Assembly (NCBI GenBank): GCA_951406725.2 | Contig: OX597839.1 | Span: 18,042,001-18,106,000 of the forward strand | Reading direction: 5' to 3' | Origin: Octopus vulgaris | Taxonomy: Eukaryota | Length of the DNA: 64,000 bases | Part shown: piece by piece, positions 14,261 through 29,055 of the stretch | How positions within the stretch are numbered: position 1 is the first letter of the stretch | How the letters are laid out: each line of letters opens with the position of its first letter | The notes under the pieces: generated by a model | Told to the model about the DNA's origin: nothing | Databases searched by the model: none | The model's input: only the letters and a program-made list of their open reading frames with translations | Translations under genes and position numbers: made by a program

Positions 14261-14301
<41 letters not shown>

Positions 14302-15128
14302 CATATATATCATAATCATCATCATCGTCATTTAATGTCTGTTGTCCATGCTGGCATAGGCTGGCCGGTTTGACTGGCCTAGCACGCTGGAAGGCTGCAC
14401 CAGACTCCAGTCTGATTTGACATGGTTTTCTAAGGCTGGATGCTCTTCCTAATGCCAACCACTCAGAGAGTGTAATGGGTGCTTTTATGTGCCACCGGCA
14501 CAATGTAATTTGCATGACACCGGGGTGCATAGCAATGGTATCAGGGCATGTATAAGTCTTGAAAAAATTACAAAAATTGATTCCAAGTGAGAATGCCATC
14601 GATAAAGCCGTTTTTGTCCTGCTTTTCTTCCGTCAACCTGTACATAAATGCACCTATTTTTTGTTGTTTTTGTACTGCTTAAAGGCACGTTTCTTTCCTG
14701 CCAAGCTTACTGTTTAAACCATGTTTGTGTTCTCCCAGTCAACAGCCTTAACATTACTGGTACTTTAAACTCTTCGGTTGCATATTTGTGTGAATAAAAT
14801 CGTTTTTTCTTTGGAATAGAAAAAAAGTCTATCTTTATTTCTTCTTTTTCTGGTGTCTCAAATTAAGGTTAAATCAGTGTTTCTCAAAGGGGAGGCCTAT
14901 GGAACAGTCAGACAAGTTGTTTTGAGAAAATTTGGTTTAAATGTTTGACAACTCACAAATCAACTCACAAGGCTTGAGGCTAGGCTATAGTAGCAGACGC
15001 TTGCCCAAAGTGCCATGCAGTGGGACTGAACCTAGAACCATGTGGTTGGTAAGCAAGCTACTTACCACACAGCCATTCCTGTGCCTATGACTATATATTA
15101 TTTATATAAATACAAGGTACACTGTATT

Positions 15129-15189
<61 letters not shown>

Positions 15190-15553
15190 GTATGTATGTA
15201 TATATATGTGTGTCTGTGTGTGTGTGTATATATATATAAGAGTTGGTGACCTTTGTTTTCCATTAGTCTGTGTATTTAGCATATGTTTGTATATTTGTTT
15301 TCTACATGGTTCTTCGAATTATATATATATATATATATACACACACAGGTATGTCATATTTTCTGTTGTCTTTTTATTTAATCCTGAATATATATATATA
15401 TATATACATACATACATATATATATATACATACATACATATATACATACATACATATATATATACATACATACATATATACATACATACATATATACATA
15501 TATATATATATACATACATATATATATATACATACATACATATATATAAATAT

Positions 15554-15594
<41 letters not shown>

Positions 15595-15702
15595 TATACA
15601 TATATATATATAAATATATACATATATATATATGTGTGTGTGTATGTATGTATATATGTGTGTATATATATATGTATATATATGTATGCATATATATATG
15701 TA

Positions 15703-15740
<38 letters not shown>

Positions 15741-15743
15741 CAA

Positions 15744-15775
<32 letters not shown>

Positions 15776-16070
15776 ATATATATATAAACCCACCCTTAAA
15801 ACCAGTTGCAACTGGCCTCTGTGAGTAGATCTATCTGTAATACTATTATATATCTCAAGTGTGTAATCTGACATCTTCCCTTGAAGAGGGTGCTACCACC
15901 ACCACCACCACCACCACCACCACCACCACCACCACCACCACCACCATTACTACAGCTGCAGCTGGTGTCATTAATACAATTACAAGGCAATATTACTGCT
16001 AGTACTTCTAATCCTTCTGTTATTACAGCTATTAAGACTACAAACACGACTAATGTCATTACTACTACTA

Positions 16071-16104
<34 letters not shown>

Positions 16105-19100
16105 GACTACTACATTATATTATATATAAGAAGCTTGCTTCCCAACCACATGGTTCCAGGTTCAATCCCGCTGCCTGACACTATGACATTCATAATGTAT
16201 ATATATGTGTGTATGTATACATACATATATATATACATGTTTGTGTCTTTGTGCCTCTTTTTGTCCCGCCTTTACTGTTTGACAACTGGTTGATGTGTTT
16301 GTGTGCCTGTAAGTTAGCGGTTCAGCAAAAGGTTCTGATAAAATAAGTACTAGGCTTAAAAACAAAAGTCCTGGGGTTGATTTGTTCAGCTAAAACCTTT
16401 TAAGGTGGTACTCCAGCATGGCTGGAGTCAAATGACTGAAATATGTAAATAAAAGTATATATATATATATATCACCGTGATCACCGTGACCGACCAGGCT
16501 ATCAGATGTTGCTACACATCGCTGGTCACAATGCGCTTTGCATTGTTTTAGCCTTCAAATGACGCCACCCCGCTGGCTAAGCGAGCAGGCCAACAGAAGA
16601 AAGAGTGAGAGAAAGTTGTGGTGACAGAGTACAGCAGGGGTCGGCACCGCCCCTTGCCGGAGCCTCGTGGAGCTTTAGGTGTTTTCGCTCAATAAACACT
16701 CACAACGCCCGGTCTGGGAATCGAAACCGCGAGTCCGCTGCTTTAACCACTAGGCCATTGCGCCTCCACACACACATATATATATATATATTCTCTCTTT
16801 CTCTTTTATTCTCTTTTACTTGTTTCAGTCATTTGACTGCGGCCATGCTGGAGCACCGCCTTTAGTCGAGCAAATCAACCCCCGGGACTAATTCTTTGTA
16901 AGCCCAGTACTTATTCTATCGTTCTCTTTTGCCGAACCGCTAAGTGACGGGGACGTAGACACACCAGCATCGGTTGTCAAGCAATGCTAGGGGGACAAAC
17001 ACACACACACACACACATACACATATATACGACAGGCTTCTTTCAGTTTCCATCTATCAAATCCACTCACAAGGCATTGGTCGGCCCGGGGCTATAGCAG
17101 AAGACACTTGCCCAAGATGCCACGCAGTGGGACTGAACCCGGAACCATGTGGTTGGTAAGCAAGCTACTTACCACACAGCCACTCCTGCGCCTATATATA
17201 TATATATACATACATATATATATATACAGGGTATGAAAGGTAAATTGTCGCCATTTTATATTCTTAATTTCATGCATGCACATTGTTTGTTTTTGATTTT
17301 GTCGACTACACAGTATAGTAGGGTCAGTTGGGCACCATCTGTGAGAAAAACAGTACCATCATGCAATTCACTCTGCCCGAAATTTGTAAATGACATGCTG
17401 TACTGCTTGGCATTTGTGCCGGAAGCGTCAATACAAACATTTCAGAGTGTTTGGGTGTCAAACTGAGGACAATGCAAAGGATTCAAAAAGAGCTGAATGA
17501 GTCTAATGGTGATTACGAAGGTACAGCAGTTTGGAAAACTCACTCTGATCGTTCTGATAAGAAAAGAACTCCTGAAATTGTTGGTGAGATCCAGGCCATG
17601 ATTGACAATGTTCCCTCCAAGCCAATCAGGTCCATTGGTGGAGGCACATGGCCTAGTGGTTAGAGCAGCGGACTCGCTGTCGAAGGATTGCGGGTTCGAA
17701 TCTCAGACCGGGCGCTGTGCGTGTTTATGAGCGAAACACCTAAGCTCCATGCGGCTCCAGCAGAAGGTAATGATGAACTTCTGCTGACTCTTTCGCCACA
17801 ACTTTCTCTCACTCTTTCCTCCTGCATCTTGCAGCTCACCTGCGAAGGACCGGTGTCCCGTCCAGGTGGGGAAACTATACGCCAAGAAAACCGGCCCTTA
17901 TGAGCCAAGCATGGCTCGAGAAGGAATAAACAACAAATCAGGTCCCTTGCCAGGTATATTGGGAGTGTCTGAGTTTCTTATCAGGCAAATAGTGCATGAA
18001 GACTTTCGGTATTACTCATACAAGATGAGAAAGGACCAATTTTTATCCCAAGCCATCAAGGACAGAAAGAAAGACTGTGTACGAAGCGTTTCAACAAACT
18101 TGAATATCCCCTCCAACTGAACATGCTTTGGTTTTTCTCAGACGAGAAAATTTTCTGCCAGGATGGTGAACATACAGAACCATTGGATTGCCGTATACCC
18201 AATACATGTACTGGGGGTGGTAAAAAACATCCATAAACATCAAGGACTATGGCTGCATTCACCAACTTATACAAGGGGACTATCCAGAAGAGCAGCAGGA
18301 GATTCCAAAGTCATCTGACTCCCACCCCCTTGTCAGAAAACAGCTTCAGGAGTTGTGAAGAACGAATTTGTACATAGTCTGTTTCTGAGAGCTATTCTAT
18401 TGGACCTCTGTCTAATCATTAAAACATTGGACGATCTTTCGATATGGGAACACACGACTGTCACTTACAAACCACTTATAAACCACGAATGAAAATCAAG
18501 TTCAGACCTTTACATGGTAGGTAGATCTGGTAGAAATAGCAGCCAAATCTCCCTCAAAACACCCTACTGTATTAATCTGACAATTCTGCCTATTATGTAG
18601 TTAGAATGAGAAACTGTAACTAAAGATGAAGATAATCAACCCCAGAAAGAGGTGAAAGAAGAGAGACAGCATAGGGAAAGTTTTGGCTGACTGTCATCCT
18701 GTAGTCCCCTTGTTGCTAGCGGAATGGTATATGGCGACTATGTGAGCAACTGGTTGTTTTAATGGCAAAACAAAGAGCGGAATTTCATTAGAAAAAGTTT
18801 TAATAAATTTTCTTGGTAAGTATGGGTGCTAGGAAAAAAACAGAAGAGGCATTAAGAAGTTGATGTTAAGAATTGCTTCAACAGTTAGAAAATGTTTGAC
18901 ATTTCAATAATCACCAAAAAATGAAGCTGTAAGAATTTACAGGGAAATTGTATGTAAGAAGTAAAGCAGAAATGATTTTTAACTGTACTGCCAAAGTTCT
19001 GCAACTTAATAGCAGACGTATCCAATTGAAGAAAAGTGAAGATAAAAGCTAAGTGAAGTATGGAATAAGTCATGGTTATACGCTTATAGAAAAAATAGAC

Positions 19101-20516
19101 ATATACCTTTTTAGGGAACAAAATGTAGGTGAGAGCTATTGTATTGAACGTCTGTGAAATCAGAGAGCAGAAATTGAAAGAAGATATAGGAAATGGACAT
19201 GTGTGTGCTTTTCCGGCTAATTTGGCGGAAGTTTTGCAGTCAGCAGGAGGTGGTTTGTATTTATCTCTCGAGTCGAATTGTTGTTAATTCGTCTGTAATA
19301 GCAATGCCCGGACAAGTGAAAATATCTTCATTTTTTACGCCTTCGCCTGCAGTAAAATGAGTCAAGAGCCCTTCTCCGTAAAATATTTATATTTTTGTAA
19401 TATAGGGTTGGGTGGAAAGGGGATCTTTTGAAGTTGGTGTGAAGCGGAAGAGTTGATGTGTGTGCGTGTGTGTGAGAGAGAGAGCTTGTGTGTGTGTGTG
19501 TGTGTTTGATGGGGTGTATGAGACAAAGTGTGGTGTGTATGTGAATTGCTATTGTTAGTGTGTGTGAAGAGACAGAGAGAGTAATGTTGCTGGTGTGTAT
19601 GTATCTGAGAGAGAGAGAGAGGAAGAGAGAGAGATAACTGAAATTTTTTATTCACTTTTTGTAGTGAGTGAATGTGTAAGTGACTGACAGAGAAAAGGAG
19701 AGAGAGGTTATGAATGTTGGCAGGGGGAATTCCATTAGAAAAAGTTTTAATCGATTTTCTCGGTAACTATGGGGGCTAGGAAAGAAATATAAACTGCATT
19801 CCAATCTATGCACCTGTCTCCACATGTGTGCCATTTTTCATGCGAATCCACCCAGCCATTAGGCTGTGAACCTCAAAACAAGAAAGAATACAACGCTTGC
19901 CCACATCCAATTTATATTATAGATATAGATACATATACATGTGTGTATATATATATGATAGGCTCTATGCAGTTTCCATCTACCAAATTCATTCAAAAGG
20001 CATTGTTCATCCTAGATCTATAGAAAAAGCACTTGCCCAGGATATCACACAGTAGGACTGAACCTAGAATCATCTACTTGTAAAGTGAGCTCCTTAACCA
20101 CACGGCCATGCTGGCACTTGAGAATAAAATAATAAAACTTTTTCTTGTTAAACATCCAACACCACTCCTGGGCAGAGTTAAGATGAGGTGGGCATGGAAG
20201 AAATAACTAACAGGACCAAAAAGGAGGTAAAAATGTTTAAGGGGCAAAGAACCATTTCATGGTTACACAACTTGTCCATCCCTGACAAAATGGCAGCATG
20301 AACCTTTGCAGTGGACTTGGCTGCCAGCCAGATCCAATCCATTCGGTCTCTCCTATATGCAAACAGTAACAGCTGCTTGACATCATTTAGTCATGTTGGG
20401 TCGTAATAAGGAGTTTCTGGTGGAGAAAAACAGAAAGAGTTTCGAGTCTCTTTTTTTGTGTGTTACAAAGGAAACATAAATAGATGAATATGAGAATAGA
20501 ACAAACACCAACAATG

Positions 20517-20558
<42 letters not shown>

Positions 20559-20905
20559 GGTGTGTGTGGGGTGGAAGGGGGGAAGAGTGAACAATATAAG
20601 CCACATGATGCAAATTACAAAAGCAATTGACATTAGAATGTAAAAGTCCATACATACAAACACACACATATATGTATGTATGTATATATACACAATGAAA
20701 TACATGACAATCAGATGTGGTCTATTAGAAGCATGTGCACATACTTATGGAAGGAACACTTAGACAAATATACCCGTATGCACACACACACACACACACA
20801 CACACAAATGTATGCAAGTATATATAATTACATAGATACATACATGTACATACATGCATACATACATACATTAACACATACACACACACAAACATACACA
20901 CTCAA

Positions 20906-20940
<35 letters not shown>

Positions 20941-23900
20941 CATGCAAACACAGACATTAACAGATACATACACACAAAAACACACACACTCGAAGCTACA
21001 TATATATATATACATACATGCATACATACATACACATGCAAACACAAACACACAAACTTGAAGATACATACATACATACACACACTACATACACATAAAC
21101 ATACACACATACTTAAATACATATATGCATACATACACAAACACGAACACATACATACACACAAACATACACACTCAAAGATATATACATACATGCATGC
21201 ATACATATATGCATACATTAACACACGCACACATGCGGTAGAAGTCAACTCATGACTGAGTCAGACCACTTCCTAAACTCAGTAAAACCTATGCAAACAT
21301 TCCAAGGGTCCAAAAAGGTTCTTGTGAGTGAGTTTGTTTTCAATGGATAAAGCATTGCATAGCACTGAACCCACTTTCCAATGTAATACCTATAAACCCA
21401 GCGGCACAAACCAGAGGCACAAAAGGGGTTGAGATGACCAGAAACAAACTGCACTTCTGGTGTTTTTTTTCTCCTGGAATGAAGTTCTGAGAAGAACTAG
21501 GGGTCCTTCATTACCTGTGGTTCACATACTAGTTAACCCATAGCTGAGGCCCAAAAGGGTGCTACTACTCCAGGTCAGGTTAGAACCAGGAACAGCAGTG
21601 GCTAAGTGGTGGTTCCTCACTCCTCAAAATCTTGGAAATCCCATATTAAGGGCTCCACTACTGGGTGCAGTTTAAAGTCGTACCCCACCCACCATACACA
21701 AACATACACTCATACATACAGACACACATACATACAAATAGGCATACATACATACATACATAGCTTCATATGTTCAAATATGCATAGACACACACACACA
21801 TATATACACAGATACATAAATACAAACATACATACACACATATGTACATGCACACATACACGAACATACACTCATACATACATACACACACATACATACA
21901 TACATACACACGTACAAAGAGGCATACACACACACATCCATACACACAAACATGCATACACATACACACACACACACACACATCACTGTGATAGCAATTT
22001 CAAGTTTTGGCACAAGGCCAGCAATTTCAGGGGATGGGAGAAGTTGATTACATCAACCTTGGTGTTCAAGTGCTACTTATTTCATTGACCCCAAAAAGAA
22101 CGAAGGGCAAAGTCGACCCCCACCCACCCCAACACAGTAACAATTCTGCCATTACAGCATGAACAAGCTGGAAAGAAAGGAGAATGGGGATATATTTAAC
22201 AGTTCTTTACCAATAAAACTGTGATATCAAGGTTGCAGAAACAGAGGAAGAACCCGGTCAAAGTGCGGTCAGGTTACAACAAAGTAATTGATTCCGTTCC
22301 CCACCCATGAATTCTTGAGGCCTTTTGACTTACTAAAATTCCAGATATCATAACCAAACTCCATAGACAACTTGACTTTGTCTAGGTCCACCCTTCTGAA
22401 ATTAAAAACAGGAAGCGGTTTTACTGTTACTGGTAGGAAACAGTATCACTGAAGTATATTTCAAGAGGACAAACAACCTCTTTACGATGTCTGTTGTTGT
22501 CGTCATCGTTTAACGTCTGCCTTCCATACAAGCATGGGAGGGAACAGTTTCACAAGAGCTGGCTAGGCAGAAGAGCCTGCACCAGACCTCTATGACTGTT
22601 TTGGCAGGATTTTTACAGCTGGATGCCCTTCTTAATACCAACCACCCAGCAGAGTGGACTTAGTGCTTTTTATGTGGCACAGGCGAGGTCAGTTTTGGCA
22701 AGGTTTTTACAGCTGGATGCTCTCCTGAACACCAACCTCTTCACAGTGTGGACTGGGTGCTTTTAAGTGGCACCTGCCCTGACAGGGTCACCAAGTACTT
22801 GCAAGACAAAAAAAAACCATTCAAGAGGGGAGGAGGCATTGGAGGGGGTGATCTTGTATTGGATGATGAGAGGTTATAGTGAGACACTTTCAGTAAATAC
22901 CCTGAAAGTGCATGACTTAGTGGTTAGGGTTAGTCAGCTCACAATTGTACGGTTGTGAGTTCTGTTCCTGGTGGCATATTGTGTCCTTGAGCAAGACACT
23001 TTATTTCACATTGCTCTAGTCCACCCAGCTGGCAAAAACGAGTAGCATCTGTGTATCAAAGAGTAAGCCTTGTCACGCTGAATTTCCCTGAGAACTACAT
23101 TAAGGGTACATGTGTCTGTGGAGCACTCAGCCTCTTGCATGTTAATTTCACAAGCAGGCTGTTCCATTGATTGGATCAACTGGAAGCTTCATCGTCAAAA
23201 CTGACAGAATGCCAAGAAGTACTCTGAAGTTTTTTTGGAACAAAAATCTGGAAGATATGCGATTGGTCAGCAGGAAGGCAAAACCATCAAGCAAATACAT
23301 TGATTCTTTGTGGACAATTCGAAAATATATGCCAGGAATATGAATGGTACAAAATAAAGAGTTGGCCTCTCCCCCTCTCTCTCTCTCTCTCTGTATATAT
23401 ATATATATATATATCATCATCATCATCATCATCATCGTTTAACGTCCGTTCTCCATGCTAGCATGGGTTGGACGGTTCGACCGGGGATCTGGGAAGCCAG
23501 AAGGCTGCACCAGGCTCCAGTCTAATCTGGCAATGTTTCTACAGCTGGATGCCCTTCCTAACGCCAACCACTCCGTGAGTGTAGTGGGTGCTTTTTACGT
23601 GCCACCTGCACAGGTGCCAGGTGAGGATGGCAACGGCCACGATCGGATTGGTGTATTTTATGTGCCACCGGCACGGAAGCCAGTCGAGGCGGTGCTGGCA
23701 TCGGCCACGAGTCGGATAGTGCTTACCACCAGACCAGGGATCCTGGCTGGTTCAATTCGATTTCGATTTCGCTTGCCCCAACATGTCTTCACAAGCAAAG
23801 GGGGTTGGCATGGGTGCCTGTCGTACGGTCGGATTGGAGTATTTTACGTGCCACCGGCACGGAAGCCAGTCGAAGCGCCGCTGGCATCGGCCACGAGTCG

Positions 23901-26900
23901 GATAGTGCTTTTTACGTACCACCAGACCAGGGATCCTGGCTGGTTCAATTCGGTTTCGATTTCGCTTGCCCCAACATGTCTTCGCAAGCAGAGGGGGTTG
24001 GCATGGGTGCCTGTCGTAAGATGACGTTCTATATCGACTTCGCTTGCCTCAACAGGTCTTTGTGTCCAAGGGAGGAAAGGCATTCATAAGTGGGCTGGGC
24101 TCACTTGTCCTGCCTGGTCTTCTCACGTACAGATATAGTTAATCCAAACAAGAAAGCACAAAAAAACACAACAACGCAAGGACGTGGAACAAATATAGTA
24201 TTATTGGACACTCAGGAAAGAAGGAAAGAAGGAGGGTTTAATGTTTGGAGCGGAGCTCTTCGTCGGAAACATAGGAGAAGGAAAGATCCAGAGAAGGGAA
24301 GACAGAGGAAAAAAAATCACCAAAAGTACACACGCAGTCACATTTTTATATATATATATATATATATATATCAACCGATTTGGGTCGTAGCCAGCCTCCT
24401 GTGCCAGTGGCACATTAAAAAGCACTCACTACACTCACGGAGTGGTTGGCGTTAGGAAGGGCATCCAGCTGTAGAAACACTGCTAGATCAGACTGGAGCC
24501 TGGTGCATCCTTCTGGTTTCCCAGACCCCAGTCGAACCGTCCAACCCATGCCAGCATGGAAAACGGACGTTAAACAATGATGATGATCATCATCATTTAA
24601 CATCCACTTTTCCTCACTTGCATGGGTCAGACAGAATTTGTTGAGGCGGACTTTCTATGGCTGGATGCCCTTCCTGTCACCAAGCTTCACCTGTTTCCAA
24701 GGTAATATTTCACATGGCCATATTTCATATGTTTTTCCATGGAAAACTGAAAACTAACAATACATCTTATATGACACTGATGCTCATTTACAACAATCAC
24801 ATGATGTCAAGACAAAGGGTACACACACATGCACACACATGTACAAACACACACACACGATAAGTATCCCTTAGTTTCTGTCTACCAAATCCACTTGCAA
24901 GGTTTTCGTTGACCCGAGGCTATAGTAGAAGACATTTGCTCAAGATGCCACATGGTTGGAAAGTAAACCACACAGCCACATGACCATTATGGTTATAAAA
25001 TAAAGAAGAACAACAATCCTATCCAGTAACATAATTATCAATAACCTGTCTATTTCTCTGATATCAAATAAGGAATGCTAAAGATATTTAGGGATCGATG
25101 AAAATATTGCCTATGATGGGATCCCTAACAAGGAACACACAACCAAGGAATACAATACCAGGATAAAGAAAATATGGTCTTCTGAACTTGACACATGCTA
25201 ATAATAAATAACAGACCACAGTTAAATTGCTCCACATGTACTCATATTGGCTTTAAATTTCTGCACAAGGCCAGCAATTTCGAGGGAGGGGGCTAAGTAG
25301 ATTACATCACCCCCAGTACTAAACTGGAACTCATTTTATTAACCCTGAAAGGATGAGAGGCAATGTCAACTTCAGCAGAATTAGAACTCAGAATGTAAAG
25401 ACAGACAAAATGCCGTTAAGCATTCTGTCCGGCATGCTAATAATTCTGCCAGCTCTCCACCTGAGCAAGCCTTAATTTTGCTTCCAAATTTTGCCACACA
25501 GCCAGCAGTCTTCAAGAAGGGGTTAAGGTGATTACACTGACCCTAGTGCTCAACTGGTACTTATTTTATCAACCCCAAAAGGATGTGAGGCTGGGGTCAT
25601 CCTAGGTCAGTGGTCCCAGAGATGTCATCATGCATAGAGCTAACCAGTGCTCTCTTTTGCTGGTGGTCCCATGCCAGCCCCTCCACAAATGAATATGCAA
25701 ACCATCGATTCTAAATGATGTTCCTTTTTTGCTTGTTTGTTTTTGTCTTTTATTTGAGTTTGGAATTACTGTTCTGGCATCAAGTAATTTTATGTAATAA
25801 TGTCATTTTCTCCAAATCATTTAAGATCTGTTGATGTCAATGGAATATATAAAGAAGAAAAAAGATAAAAAGATGTAAAGGGAAAATAATCTAATGATCA
25901 TTAAAAAAACAACCCAAAAGCAATCTAATAATCTCTGAAAATGAAGTCTTTGAGAAGCAATTCCAGTTCTATAATATCCCTGGATTTACTGGCATTTCTG
26001 TAACACATTATGTCCAAATCAAGCAAGCACAGAAAAATTCATCATTATGATGATGATGATGATGATGAAGATTTTGTAAGTAGCATTTATATGTTGAACT
26101 CATCTTCGTCGTCATCATCATCATCAATTAATGTCCATTTTCCGTGCCAGCATGAGTTGGACAGTTCCACAGGAGCTGGCAACCCAGAAGAGTGCACTGA
26201 ATTTCAATATCTGTTATGGTATGGTTTCTGCAGTTGGATGCCCTTCCTAATGCCAACCACATAACAGAGTGAAGTGGGTGCTTTTTATGTGTTATGGCAT
26301 TAAGCTCCACTGGAATGGTTTCTAAGGTTGAATGCCCTTCCTAACACCAACCACTTCATAGTGTGTACTGGGTGCTTTTTATGTGGCATGGCACCAAGCT
26401 CCACTGTCTCTTTTGGCATCATTGTTTCTATGACTGGATGCCCTTCCTAACACCGACCGCTTCACTGAGTGTTATCGGATGCTTTTTATGTGGCACCAGC
26501 ACCAGTGAGGTCACCAAGTAACTTGCAAGACAAAGATCCCTCAAGTGAGGAAGAAGAAGCATCGAGGGTGGTGGCTGTGTACCTGGTGTTGAGAGTTCAA
26601 AGTAGTGGTTCTCAACTGGAGTTGACATGACCCTTGAGGGTCCATATAAGATTTTGTTAAAAGTTTATCTGCAATAAATTGGTTATACTTCTTCAATACA
26701 CAAAATATTCTAGCGATTTTTTTTTATATACAATTATATAGGTGCAGAAGTGGCTGTGTGGTAAGTAGCTTGCTTACCAACCACATAGTTCTGGGTTCAG
26801 TTCCACTGTGAGGCATCTTGGGCAAGCGTCTTCTACTATAGCCTCAGGCCAACCAAAGCCTTGTGAGTGGATTTGGTAGATGGAAACTGAAAGAAGCCCG

Positions 26901-28644
26901 TCGTATATGTATATATATATATATATGAGTGAGTGTGTATATGTTTGTGTGTCTGTGTTTGTCCCCCCAACATCGCTTCACAACCAATGCTGGTGTGTTT
27001 AAGTCCACGTAACTTAGCGGTTCAGCAAAAGAGACCAATAGAATAAGTACTAGGCTTACAAAGAATAAGTCCCAGTGTTGATTTGCTTGACTAAAGGAGG
27101 TGCTCCATCATGGCCGCAGTCTAATGACTGAAACAAGCAAACGAATAAAAGAGTACAGAGTAATTCCTAATAATATTTAATTACAAAAATTAAATGTGAT
27201 TTTTTTTTTAAACAGCAAATGGCTGGGAGGGTCCAAGTGAGTAAAACCAGAACTATTGGGGTCTATAGGAGGAAAAGTGGTTGAGGATCACTGGTTTAAA
27301 GTATGATAGAGGGACAGAAATAAATGTCTTGCTGTAGAGGAGATACATAGTCAGCCCAGTTGGGGAAGGGGAGAGGAGAGAGGAGCATGGATTGGATGGT
27401 TTGACAGGAACTGGCAAGGTCAGGAGCCACAACAGGGTGGAGGTGCAATGGTCCAGTGGTTAGGGCAGCGGACTCACGGTCATAAGAATGTGGTTTCAAT
27501 TCCCAGACCAGGCATTGTGAGTGTTTATTGAGCAAAAACACCTAAGCTCCATGAGGCTCCGGCAGTACTCTTTCACCACATCTTTCTCTCACTCTTTCTT
27601 CCTACTTCTGCCACAAAGCAGAGGAAGCATGGTGTAACCCACTATGGTGTGGTAAACTTTCAGACCCTCGATAGATTGCGAATCCTCTGTACCCCAGGAT
27701 GGTTCAGCTCTCCACCCGCTAAAAGCCACCATATACAGAATGAGAATAACAATGTAGCTTTCACGTCCGTGCAACCACCAGTCTATTGCGTGTGGTGGGT
27801 GGATCTTCAAGTTGCCACACACAATCTTAGTAGCTTAGAGTAGGCTCGAATTAGAGATTATTCTTTGTGGCTAATGGCGTGAGAACTGATTGGAAGGAGG
27901 AGGAGGGGGGAAGAGGGGGAGGAGGAGGAGGAGAAGAAGGAGAAGAAGAAGAAGAAGAGCTACAACAGGCTCCACTGTCTGTTTTGACTTGGTTTTTACA
28001 GCTGGATGCCCTTCCTAATGCCAACCACTTCAGAGTGTACAGGGTGCATTTTTTTTTTTTTTTGTGATGTAGCACCAGCACCAAATATATCACAGGCTTC
28101 TTTCAGTTTCCGTGTATGAAATCCAGTCAACAAGATTATAGTATAAGACACTTGCCCAAGTTAGCATACAGTGGGACTGAACCCAGAACCATGTGGCTGG
28201 GAAGCAAACTTCTGACCACCCAGCCACACCTGCACCAACACATAAAAATAAAAAGAACCCCAAAAGATATAAAATATCGACAAGATATAAAATTCACATG
28301 ATTGTAGGATGCTCTGTCAATTTGTCCTCATAGCATTTGCATAAATGACTAAGGAAGGCAGAGAGCCATTGGAAGCTATGGCTGACTCATGGAGATATAT
28401 TTGACAGCTTCGTTAAATTTCATCTCCTTCAAAGCTCGTTTACAATCACATCAATGGGATAATGGCTTTATCTTTTGATATATTGATTGTTTTTTTCTTG
28501 TTTTTAACTTAGGTTTTTTTAATAATATTTTTTTTTCCCGATGTGAAATATTCATGCAAAACTGAAAGTGTTTTATTTTTTAAACTTTACTTTTTGAGAA
28601 AGTCTTGATGTTTTTCTTTAGTAGAAATTTATATACATACAAGC

Positions 28645-28692
<48 letters not shown>

Positions 28693-28999
28693 ACACACAT
28701 ATATATATACATATATACACACACACACATATATATATATATGCACATACACACACACACATATATATATACACATATACGTAGATAAATATACAGTTGT
28801 GTGTGTGTCTGTGTACACAAACTTATAGATGGTCGGATAGATGGATGGATGGATGGATAGATAGAAAGACAGAGAGACAGATGAACAGGAAGATAAATGG
28901 AGAGAGTGAAATAAACATAGATAGAGAGAGAGAGACAAACAGATGGATGGATCAATCGATAGATTGATAGGAAGGCAGGTAGGTAGGTAGATAGATTGG

Positions 29000-29055
<56 letters not shown>

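Noticed and set aside
17637-17716. Possible tRNA gene
   Set aside because: A and B boxes are present, but the sequence continues into a SINE body with tail and TSD, and there is no clean acceptor stem.
28300-28470. Octamer ATTTGCAT plus AP-1-like TGACTCA cluster as an enhancer
   Set aside because: Short motifs are expected by chance in 64 kb, and no conservation data are available.
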